Shown here one piece after another: positions 34,219 through 45,763 of a DNA stretch of 64,000 bases (position 1 is its first letter; every line of letters starts with the position of its first letter). A program made the translations under genes and the position numbers. Under the pieces are notes generated by a model that worked only from the letters and a program-made list of their open reading frames with translations, searched no databases and was not told where the DNA came from. The DNA is from Balanoglossus misakiensis. Lineage: Eukaryota > Animalia > Hemichordata. The stretch is taken from contig CM082578.2 of the NCBI GenBank assembly GCA_040954595.2, positions 974,831 through 1,038,830 of the forward strand, written 5' to 3'.

Positions 34219-34237
34219 AGTAAGATGTGGTATAATT

Positions 34238-37200
34238 GGGGGCACAAGCGCCCTCAGGCGGCTTGTGCCCCCATTGGTATTGTTGGAATTTTTCTTTATT
34301 ACGGGCCCAAGCCAAGCCAGGCTTGGGCCCGTATTGGTTTCGCTGGGGTTTTTTAGGGCCCAAGCGCAAGCAAGCGCTTGGGCCCTATTGGTTTCGTTGG
34401 AATTTTTCTTTCTTTAGGGCCCAAGCGCATACCAGCGCTTGGGCCCTATTGGTTTCGTTGGGGTTTTTCTGTCTTTCCTTCTTTCTTCTTTCTTCTTTCT
34501 TTATTCTTGTGTCAATTCTTTGTCGCTCTAGATCTCAGACACCACTGCAGGTACACTTCTCAAACTTGCTACAGTGGTCAAGGTCAATGAGTAGATGTGC
34601 ATTGAACCCTTGAATTTTTAATTAGTCACGTGACCTGGCGGCCATATTAGATTTTCTGAAAAAATGCAAATCTCAGATCTCAGAAACTACAAGTCAGATC
34701 GACTTCAAACTTGGTGTGCAGGTAGTCTACCTTCTACCCATCATTTTTGTAATTGGATATTTTGCTGTCAATGTTGCAGTTTTTTTGCTACAGTTGTTTT
34801 TCTGAAATCTGGTCAAAATTTCAAAAATCTTCTTCTCCAGAACCGGCGATAACCGAGTCACGCGGTTTGGGGTATGTGGTCACCAAACTGAGGTCTATCA
34901 AGTTTGCGAAGATCATTGTGATTGGTGGAAGATTATGGCGGCCATATTGGATTTTCGAAAAACCCTAGTAAAATTTCAAAAATCTTCTTCTCAAGAACCG
35001 GCGATAACCGAGTCACAAGATTTGGTGTGTGTGGTCATTAAACAGATGTCTATCAAGTTTGCGAAGATCATTGTGATTGGTCGAAGATTTTGGCGGCCAT
35101 ATTGGATTTTTTGAACAACGATTAAAAAGTAAAAATTCTGTTTCTAGCCTAAAAATTGATAGCACAGAAATTCTTTTTATGGATATGAATCATCATATGA
35201 CAAGAATAAGCTATAAATATTTTGGTAATTTTGGCAATGACCTTTGACCTACTTTTGACGCATCATTTTTCTGCATATCTAATTCCAGGCTAACCAATAG
35301 GGCTATAAGTTTGGTTTTTGATGTATGTGGTTTTGTATGTGATCAAAAATTTTTGCTACTTTTCATGACCCCTTTGACCTCTACTGACCTCATTAAATAT
35401 GCGCATACCTAATTACAGATGAACCAAATGACCTAGAGGTTTGTTTTTGTTATACATGGACCAGTATGGGGTCAAAATATTTTGCCCAAATGTTGGGTGA
35501 CCTCGGGTGACCTTTGACCTACTTTTGCATATCTCGGCATCCAAAGCAGGTACAGCCTTGGCATTTGGAGATATGGGGCCATATTGAAAAGCCAAAGTTT
35601 TGGGTCACCTGTGACCTCTGCTGACCTCATTTATTATGTGCATAGCTAATTACGGCGAACCAATAGAGCTAGAGGTCTGGTTTTTGTTGGACATGGACCA
35701 CTATGGGTCAAAATTTTCTTGCCCAAATTTTGGGTGACCTCAGATGACCTTTGACCTACTTTTGCATATCTCGGCATCCAAAGCAGGTACAGCCTTGGCG
35801 TTTGGAGGTATGGGGCCATAATGAAAGCCAAAGTTTTGGGTCACCTGTGACACCTGCTTAACTCATTATTTATGTGCATACATAATTCCGGGCTAACCAA
35901 AAGGGCTAGAGGTCTGGATTTTGTTGGACATGGACCACTATGGGTCAAAATTTTCTGCCCAAATTTTGGGTGACCTCAGATGACCTTTGACCTACTTTTG
36001 CATATCTCGGCATCCAAAGCAGGTACATCCTTGGCATTTGGAGATATGGGGCCATAATTAAAAGCCAAAGTTTTGGGTCACCAGTGACACCTGCTTAACT
36101 CATTATGTATGTGCATACCTAATTCCGGGCTAACCAAAAGGGCTAGAGGTCTGGTTTTTGTTGGACATGGACCACTATGGGTCAAAATTTTCTACCCAAA
36201 TTATGGGTGACCTCTGGGTGACCTTTGACCTACTTAACACTATATCAACACCAAACATAGATATAACCTTGATATTTCATGGGATAAAACACAGCATTAT
36301 GTTTCTACTCATTAATTATGTGCATATCTAATAACCAGATCAGATAATAGAGCTTGGGCCCGGACAATGCTGCTTGCAGCTTTAATTCTTTCTTTCTTTA
36401 TTCTCCTGTCAATTCTTCGGCCAACTAAATCTCAGAAACTACTGCAGGTACACTGCTCAAACTTGCTACAGTGGTCAAGGTCAATGAGTAGATGTGCAGT
36501 GATTTGTGAATACTTAATTAGTCACGTGACCTGGCGGCCATATTGGATTTTCTGAAAATCATCAAATCTCAGATCTCAGAAACTACAAGTCAGATCGACT
36601 TCAAATTTGGCATGCAGGTAGACTACCTTCTACCCATCATTTTTGTAATTGGAAATTTTGCTGTCAATGTTGCAGTTTTTTTGCTACAATTTTTTTTCTG
36701 AAATCTGGCTTAAATTTCAAAAATCTTCTTCTCCAGAACCGGTGATAACCGAGACACGCAGTTTAGGGTATGTGGTCACCTAACTGATGTCTATCAAGTT
36801 TGCGAAGATCATTGTGATTGGTCGAAGATTATGGCGGCCATATTGGATTTTTGAAAAATCATAGTTAAACTCCAAAAATCTTCTTATCCAGAACGGGCGA
36901 TGACTGAGTCGCAAGATTCGGGGAGTATGGTCACTACACTGATGTCTATCAAGTTTGCAAAGAGCATTGTGATTGGTTGAAGATTATGGCGGCCATATTG
37001 GATTTTGTAAAAAAATGTGAAAAATAGAAATTCCTTTTTCTAGTCTAAAAATTGATAGCATACAAATTCTTTTCATGGATATCAATCGTCATGTGACTAA
37101 AATATATTACAATTTTTTGGCGATTTTTCACATGACCTTTGACCTACTTATCACGCGTTATTATTTCTGCATATCTAATTCCAGGCTAACCTATAGGACT

Positions 37201-39560
37201 AGAGGTTTGTTTTTTGATGAATGTGGATTAGTGTGTGATCAAAATATTTTGCTACTTTTCATGACCCCTTTGACCTCTGCTGACCTCATTAATTATGTGC
37301 ATAGCTAATTATAGGCGAACCAATAGAGCTAGAGGTTTGGTTTTTAGTGGACATGGACCAGTATGGGATCAAAATTTTTTGCCCAATGTTGGGTGACCTC
37401 TGGTGACCTTTGACCTACTTTCGCATATCTCAGCATCCAGAGCAGATACAGACTTGGCATTTGGCAGGATGGGACCAAAATGTAAAGCCACATTTTTGGG
37501 TCACCTGTGACGCCTGCTCACCTCATTAAATATGCACATACCTAATTACACGCGAACCAATAGAGCTGGAGGTTTGGTTTTTGGTGGACATGGACCAGTA
37601 TGGGTCAAAACATTTTGCCCAAATGTTGGATGACCTCAGGTGACCTTTGACCTACTTAACTCTATTTCAGCAGCAAAAATACATACGTCCTTGTTATGTC
37701 ATGAGATAAAACACCCGATAGAGCATTCTGTTTCTTCTCATTCATACTGTGCATATATAATTCTGGATCTCTGAAACTACTGCAGGTACACTTCTTAAAC
37801 TTGCAACAGTGGTCAAGGTCAATGAGTAGATGTGCAGTGGCTCGTGAATATTTAATTAGTCACGTGACCTGGCGGCCATATTGGATTTTCTGAAAATCTA
37901 CAAATGACTTCTTCTCTAAACTTACAGGGCAATTCAAGTTCAAATTTGGTACATAGTACACATGTCCTCTGCCCTTCAAAGTTTGATAATAAAATCTTGA
38001 GCGGTCACGTGACTTTGGCCGCCATATTGGATTTCCAAAAATTGAACTAAAACTTCAAAAAACTTCTACTCGAGAACCACCAATAACCGTGTCACAGGAT
38101 TTGGGTTATGTGATCACCAAACTGATGTCTATCAAGTTTGATAAAGAGCGTTGTGATTGGTCGGAGATTATGGTGGCCATATTGGATTTTCGAAAAAAAT
38201 TAGTAAAACTCCAAAAAATCTTCTCCAGAACCGGCAATAAGTGAGTCGCAAGATTCGTGTAATATGGTCACTACACTGATGTCTATCAAGTTTGATAAAG
38301 AGCGTTCTGATTGGTCGAAGATTTTGGCGGCCATATTGGATTTTGTAAAAACCGATTAAAAATTTCAATTCTCTATTCTAGTCTAAAAAATGATAGCACA
38401 CAAATTCTTTTTGTGGATATCAGTCGTCATTTGAGTAGAATATGTTGCAAATATTTGGCCATTTTCGCATGACCTTTGACCTACTTTTTAAGAACCTGCT
38501 TTTATGCATATTATATATATAGCATATAATACCAGTTCTAAAAGTACCAGATTTCTGATTTTTGTGCACATTGTTAGCAACACTGCCAGGACCTACCCCA
38601 AATATTTTGGCAATTTTGGCAATGACCTTTGACCTACTATTGACAAACTTTGTTCTTCATATCTAATTCCAGGCTAACCTATAGCGCTAGAAGTTTGCTT
38701 TTTATGCATGTGGATTTGTGTGTGATCAAAACCACTTTGACCTCTGCTGACCTCATTAAATATACACGTAGCTAATTAAAGGTGAGCCAAAAGAGCTAGA
38801 GGTTTGGTTTTTGTTGGACATGGACTAGTATGGGGTCAAAAAATTTTGCCCAAATTTTAGGTGACCTTTGACCTACTTTTTCATAACTCGGTATCCAGAG
38901 CAGATACAGACTTGTCATTTGTAGGGGTGGAACGCCTAATGGGTTTCTCACTAGTGACCTCATTAATTGTTGACATTAATGCCCGGTGAACCAATAGGGC
39001 TAGACGATTGGTTTTTGTTGGACACTTACCATGACTAGTATGGGGTCCAAAAATTTGGGCCACAAATAGGGTGACCGCAGGTGACCTTTGACCTACTTTC
39101 CCATATCTCGGCAGCCAGAGCAGATACAGCCTTGGTATTTGGAGGGATTGAACACCTTATGGAGTCTTTCATCTTACCTCATTAATATATAATTCCAGAC
39201 TAACCAAAAGGGCGGGCGAGAGGTTTGGTTTCTGTTGGACATGAACCAATATGGTGTCAAATTTTCTGCCCAAATTTTGAGTTACCTCTGACCTACTTTC
39301 CAATATCGCAGTGTCCACCTTTGGCATTTCGAATGTTGGAACACCTACTGGAGTCTTACACCTAACTCATTAAGTAGATGCATACCTAATTCCAGGCTTA
39401 CTAATACAGGTAGGAGTCTAGTTGTTGTTTGACATGGATCAGATTGGGATGTATTTTTTTTACAACATTTTGGTTGACATTTTGGTAACCTTTTACTTAC
39501 TTTATCGTATATCAGCACCAAACATAGATACAACCTTGATATTTCATGAGATAAAACACC
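34238..39560 (-). mobile_element. Cluster of chained non-autonomous Helentrons (about three bodies) headed by 4 stacked hairpin modules
   Basis: Hairpins at 34238 (GGGGGCACAAGC..GCTTGTGCCCCC), 34301, 34355 and 34416. Body ~34500-36387 ends gcttgggcccggacaatgctgcttgcagctttaatt. More diverged bodies at 36388-~37765 and ~37766-39560. Right limit approximate. Confidence 0.85.
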
Positions 39561-39983
39561 TGATAGACCTACCTTTCCGTATCATGGGATCAAGGGCACC
39601 TGCCAAACCTATATATTTTACACTCAGAGTACAAAGAAAAAATGAAATCAGACACAGAAATTGTCTTAAGTGGTCAGCGACCTATAATGTGCACTAAAAT
39701 AAAGATATGACTTAAGTGAAAGGCTTCTGTCAAAAAAGCAATGATTGAGCTGATGACAGGTTATACATCTGAAACAAATATAAGGTTGACAGCACTATAG
39801 GTCTTTGTGGTTATTGCAAAAACACAGAATAGAAGTGTCCATAGTTTTTAACAAATGCATGATGAAACACAATTAGCTACCCACAATTCACCTGCTACCC
39901 AATTGCTCATTTATATTGAAACATATCCAGATCATGGTTTTACTGTCAATCGCCAGGCAGAATATTGAATAAATTAAGTATTC

Positions 39984-40950
39984 ATAATAATAATAATATT
40001 TAATTCTTAAAAAACGCTTTCCACTTAAAAAGACATCCCAAAGTGCTGTACATAGCTGCTTAAACATACAAAGACAAGTAAAATGCTAAAAATGTATAAT
40101 AAAATAGACAATGCTTAATATTGGATAAAAAAAAAGTCAGTCCCTGAATAAAAACCTTTTAAGGTTTGATTAAAAAAAATAAAACTCTCACTGCTACGGA
40201 GTGGAACCGGTAGCTTGTTCCACAACCGTGGTGCTCCTATAGAGAATGACCTGTCACCATAAAAGACTGTGTTAACTTTGGGTTGATCAAGAATAAAAGA
40301 ACAATCAGTTGTACAACGAAGGTAACAGACAGAAGAACGAACACGAATGAGCTCCTTCAGGTACGACGGAGCCATATTATTTAAAACTTTGTAGGTTAAA
40401 CAAAGAATTTTACAATAAATCCGTTTCTGTATAGGAAGCCAGTGCAATCTCTCAAATATATGTAGTGATGTAATATGTTTTCTTTACTGCTTTTAGTGAC
40501 TAAACGTGCAGCAGCATTCTGAATAGACTGTAACTTATTGATTTGATAATTTGGCAGACCATACAGAAGGCTGTTACAATAGTCTAACCTGGAAGTTACA
40601 AAAGCATAAACAAGTTTTCCAGTTGATTCTTGGTCTAGACAATTCCGGATTTTTTATACTAATCCTCCACAAAGCAAAAGACGTCGACGCTGATTTACAC
40701 AAACTGGAAACATGTGATGTCATGGTCATCGAAACATCAAATGTGACACCAAGGTCAATCACTGAAGGTGATGAATGGACGCTGATATCCCCGACTTGTA
40801 CATCACACTCTCGTGGTCGGTACCTATCGCCAAACTTAGAAGAGAATCTAATAACTTCGGTCTTACTATCGTTAAGGATAAGCATGTTATCATGCATCCA
40901 CTGGCGAATTTCACTTACACAGTTCTCAATAATCATTGGCTCTTAGAATC
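39984..40950 (-). mobile_element. 5'-truncated CR1/L2-group LINE (ORF2 C-terminus, 3' UTR, (TAT)n tail)
   Basis: IENCVSEIRQWMHDNMLILNDSKTEVI, DLGVTFD, HWLPIQKRIYCKILCLTYK..APSYLKELI, GDRSFSIGAPRLWNKLP. Several frameshifts. Tail at ~39984-39997. Confidence 0.9.
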
Positions 40951-42329
40951 TTTTACAAGATTACATTGCGTGCTGACTACTGTTTGGTTCCATAAATAAG
41001 AATTGCTAAAGCAAGGTCCACACATAATTAAGTTACATAACAACAATGTATAATTAAAGCTGCAAGCAGCGTTGGCGGGGCACAAGCGGTTCCCATGGTA
41101 ACCAGCAAATGCCAAGGCTGTATCTGCTGTGGATGCCAAGATATGGAGAAAGTAGGTCAAAGGTCACCTGAGGTCACCCCAAATTTGGGGAAAACAGTTT
41201 GACACTGTACAGGTCCATGTCCACCAAAAACCCAACCTCTAGCTTGTGGTTAGCTTGGAATGAAATATGTGCATAATTAATGAGGTATTGTGTAAGACTC
41301 CATTATGTGCTCAAATTCCCCAAATGCCAGGGCTTTATCTGTTCTGGTACCCATGTCCACAATAATCAAACATATACCTGCATTTGTTGGTGTAGTATAT
41401 TAGACATGTGCATATAATTAAAAAAGCGCTGAAACAATGTGAAAATTGGAGTGCAAAGTTTGCTTCTATACCTATTCAGGCTATTCAAATACCAAATTAA
41501 ATTGTGCCTGCATGTGTTCATAAACGTTTAAATATGCTTGACATCCATTAGTGGTATGAACTTTCGCTCGTTCACTCGTACAACTATTTTGGTGTTTTTA
41601 TTATTAGCTCTTTTGTTGATGATGATGACATTAAGTGACAAATGCGTTAAATATGTATTTGTGACAACTTTCTTTCAAGAATAGTTGTTCACTGTTCTAC
41701 CCAGGTGAATACGAGACTATTTCAGTCATTTTGCAGAAATTTATACTGCTTCCAGCTGTGGTCTATCTTTACAGGTACTAACAACAATTTCCGTGCCCAA
41801 TAACAATTGTTTCAGAAGGCTGAATGTTTATGCCTGTACATATATAAATTCACTACAGTGCATACACTGGAGAAATATTTTAAACTCATTTCTGTATTGA
41901 AAACCTTTTGGACGGTGCATACATGTATCTGTGTCATGTATATTTTTCTATAACCTTACCTGATTCAAATAAATGAAATGAACATCATAAAAGCAGACCT
42001 TTTTGGTAGCTTAATCATAAAATAAGGGATGATCATAATAATTGGAATTCAATAAGGTCAGGTTCATCCAAAATAAGTTTCAGTGCCAGATACATAGTGC
42101 AAAGTCCATGAACTGCCAATTTGCCCACCCACTGTATATATAGGCTCCTATACCGCTCAGCGCCACCAACGGAAGAATGGAGAGAAGAGATTTTCATTCA
42201 CGTTGATCTTATCATTAGATGTTTGCACCAAAATATAATAAATGAGCAATGATAACGATGGGGAAATTAATTATATGTTGATTGAAACATAACAGTCATC
42301 GCAAGTGTAACAACGAACTCGTTTATTTG

Positions 42330-42690
42330 AACGTCTTGGGCGGAAGTGACGTACAAAAGAAAGGCAGAATACCAATGTTTGGGGGCGCTATACCAATTAC
42401 AGCCACACTCTATACTGAACTACTGGTGAGTATTATTTTGTAAAGCCCGTCTTTCGAAAATTAGTTTTAGATAAGCGATCCCGATGTTTCAAGGCACGAA
42501 AGATATATGACACTGTGCGGGAAGATGTTGGGTTATGAGTACTTGATGGCCATCATCGAAGTTTAATTCGATTGTGTGAAATTATTGACGATTCTTTTCG
42601 ATCGCTGACACAGCTGCCTAAAAAGTAGGGTTAGGGACTTAGGGTAAAAATAGAATCGCGACCACCACATGCGGTCTGCAGGTGAGTTTG
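42330..42690 (+). promoter_or_regulatory. Putative promoter/first non-coding exon region of the RepHel gene
   Basis: Locally CpG-richer sequence with CGGAAGTGACGT (ETS plus CRE-like) at 42341-42352. Donor-like G|GTGAGT after 42425 and 42681. The RepHel ATG directly follows an acceptor (tgatttcag|ATG). Confidence 0.45.
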
Positions 42691-42803
42691 TTTTGGTTCT
42701 TTCTTGAAACGTGCAGCTTTTTGGATGAAATAATACATTACAGAACCCAGCAAAACTGTAAGTATCTGTGCAAATGGTTCGCTATGTAATCGAAGGGAAA
42801 TCC

Positions 42804-42898
42804 TTAGCTGCAATGATTGTAGCGGGTGCTGCTAGGTTGACTGATGCTGCGAACACACCAGTCAACCTAGCAGCACCCGCTACAATCATTGCAGCTAA
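42804..42898. repeat. Perfect 40-bp inverted repeat with 15-nt loop
   Basis: ttagctgcaatgattgtagcgggtgctgctaggttgactg at 42804-42843 and its exact complement at 42859-42898. Confidence 0.95.
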
Positions 42899-43782
42899 TA
42901 AACACATTCTCAGTTTTGTACATTTCATATTAGTGTCATTGAGGAAGAAATTGCAGTTATATTTAACCTTGGGAATATGTTCAAGAAGCAACGAATTGTA
43001 GTTTTAGCTGTGAATTGAATAATTCATTTCTATAGTCTATTAGAGGTATATGCATAGATTGCAAATAGTATTGCTGGGTATTCTTATGTTGCATTTAGAC
43101 TACAATGCTGCACAAGTAGAATGAACCACAACAAAGTCACCAGGGTGAAGTGTTCATGACATACTGTAAAACAGGTCATTGGCATGACATGAAATTTTTG
43201 CTATATCAAAAGAAGCAACTGTTACGTGAGGATTAATTTTTGCTTGGTTTCATGTCTGTTCGTGTGCCAGTTTAGTTGAGTGTGTGGCACATATGTGAAT
43301 GTTGGTATATACAGCCTGTGCACAGTGTATATAATTGCACCATGTGATTGCGTGTGTTTGGACCTTTGCACCTCTTTGATGCCTGTCCGTCTGTGTGCTA
43401 GTTCATCAGAGTGTGGATGCGTGTGTGTAGGTATGTCTATGTATCATGTGTTTGCATCTTTTTCTGAATCTTTGTCTGCATGTCTTTGTTGATTCATGTA
43501 TGTCTGGAACTCCTGTCTGTGTGCAAGTTTATCAAAGTGGGTGTGTGTGGCTAGGTATTAGTACTACATGTACCCTTTGTTTATGTTCGGGGTGTGCACT
43601 GTCAGCCGTTCTGGATTGGCTGTGTAAATTGTATATGTACATTGAATGATTTTTGTGTCACTATGCATGGTTCTATTGTGTATGCAGAAAACAATGTACT
43701 TACATGTATTTTGATATGCAGTATTCAGTCTTTGTAAAGGTGTTTGAATGTAAAGTGTGACGATGGGGAATGGGATCACTTA

Positions 43783-44507
43783 GGGACCGTTCAGTTTTTA
43801 CGGCCGGGGCGGGGGGGGGGATCAAAATCTAGGGGGGTGACTTAAGTCCAAGAGGGGGGGGGGGTCATCTGTTTTTTTAAATGTTTAGGGGGGTCACATA
43901 CTTTTGCCACCGAACTTTTGCTTTTGAGTACACAAAATTGCAGTTTCACGCCCTTTATTTTACAAAATTTTCTAATGTGGGAGGGGGACACCAACCCCCT
44001 CCATTCTCCCCCACATTGCATTTATTCGCTGGTTTGTCTAGTGTACAGGGCAGACTTCTTCCCACCCTACCCCGATGCTTCTTTTGAGTGGAGTGGCAAA
44101 ATTAAAATTTGTCCTCCCTAACATTAAGTTAATTTGCTTTTGAGTTCATTAAAATGCAACTTTGAGCACTGTATTTTACCAAATTTTCTTATGTGGGAGG
44201 GGGACACCCCCGCCACTTTTCTTTTTTTACCAATTCTACCAACTATTGTATTGGATTGTCATTTTAGTTTGTTCATTTAATTTAATGTCTAATTGAGGCG
44301 AGAGGAGCCTCATTCCATTTATTGCATACAGTGTACATAGGTTCATGTTTTCGGCATGGGGGGGGGGGTCATCATATTTTTGGGTCTGTCAAAGGGGGGT
44401 CATCATTTTTTGGTCCTTGGTGAAGGGGGGGTCGGCCTGATTTTGAAAATCGATGACACAAACTTGCCCCCCCCCCCCCCCCCTGGCCGTAAAAACTGAA
44501 CGGTCCC
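43783..44507. mobile_element. PIF/Harbinger-type MITE inside the Helentron
   Basis: 23-bp TIR GGGACCGTTCAGTTTTTACGGCC and 3-bp TTA duplication (43780-43782, 44508-44510). Confidence 0.88.
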
Positions 44508-45763
44508 TTATACTGTAAAGATTCTCATGTTATAAGGGTGGTAATTTCAATGACTCCTTTATGATGTTATATCTGGCACTGTCTTTTATCTTTTTGTATG
44601 TGGTTGTATGTGTTTGCTTTGATTGTATTGGCGCATATACTGTAGTCTGTTATGTTTAGTGAAGATAAAGAGGAAATGCCTGATGGAAATAGATGAACTG
44701 GATTTTATGCAGAAATAATATGCATGTATTCTGTTGGATTCAGTGGCAAACATGTACACCTATAACCAGTAATGATAATTTATATTATTTGCTTTCTTGC
44801 AGTTTTGTATAACCAAAGATATCCCAAGGTAAGTGTGTCTGCCATGTGAAGAGACCTTCAGCATAATGCACTGCAGTACAGTTCTGCATGTGATTCATTG
44901 CAGGTTACTTGTCATAACTCTGCTCTGACAGAGCTTATCAGATAAGACAATTGTTCATAGGTTGTCTGTCATGTGTCAACACAAGTGTTCTGTTAAATAA
45001 CTAGTGCAAATGTGTTTAAATTTTATATGCATGTTTGGCCTTAGTATAGTTTTTGGAAATTGTGAAATTTGGGTATATAATTAAACCCTCTTAGTATCCA
45101 AGTGTCCAATTGCCTTGAAATGTACAGTCACTATGTGTAAATACAACAAATGCCATAATTTGAGTGGGAAATTTTTGCTGAGCTAAATTTCTTTAATCAC
45201 GTCCTGTGTGAAAAAAATGTCTATAGTTTTGTTTGAGAATGGCACATGCTGTCTTACTACTTTGACTTTATTCTATGTGCATGAAGTCAACATATGTTGG
45301 AATAGTTTCTACAGAAATGTCTACTTGTCTTACCCAGATTGCAAACAAATATTTCAAAAAGGTAAATGAGAAGAAAGTGTGATCGGCTGAATCTATGAAT
45401 CTCAAACTTGGCACAATTATGTGGGCCTATGTAATTTCATGCATAACACTCTTGAATTTTTAATTACTCACTGTAATTGTCAGCTTTGATTGGAATTTTC
45501 ATATGGACCTTATTTATATTAAAATGTGGAATAAAAAATCTGTTGACAGTCCTTGTACACTACATGTACCGGTATATGGTCAGGATCCCACATGCCAAAT
45601 TTCAAGGTTGTGGACCATGTCAACAGGTTTATCCGTGACCTTGACCTACCCATAGGCCTATACCTCTACAGTGAAGCTATCACCACATTTTATTCTGGCA
45701 TTCTGGTCTGTACAATAGTCCCGGACATTAAAATGTTAACAGTTATGTATTTATTGATTTCAG

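Larger units (their letters stand above)
22195..34237 (-). repeat. Right arm of large inverted duplication
   Basis: Reverse complement of 3982-21188 lacking the two transposon insertions and ~13389-13688. The final 22 bp (34216-34237) match 3481-3502. Confidence 0.98.

Noticed and set aside
43280-43779. Cys-rich small ORFs
   Set aside because: Result of TG-rich low-complexity sequence in the putative intron; no domain pattern.
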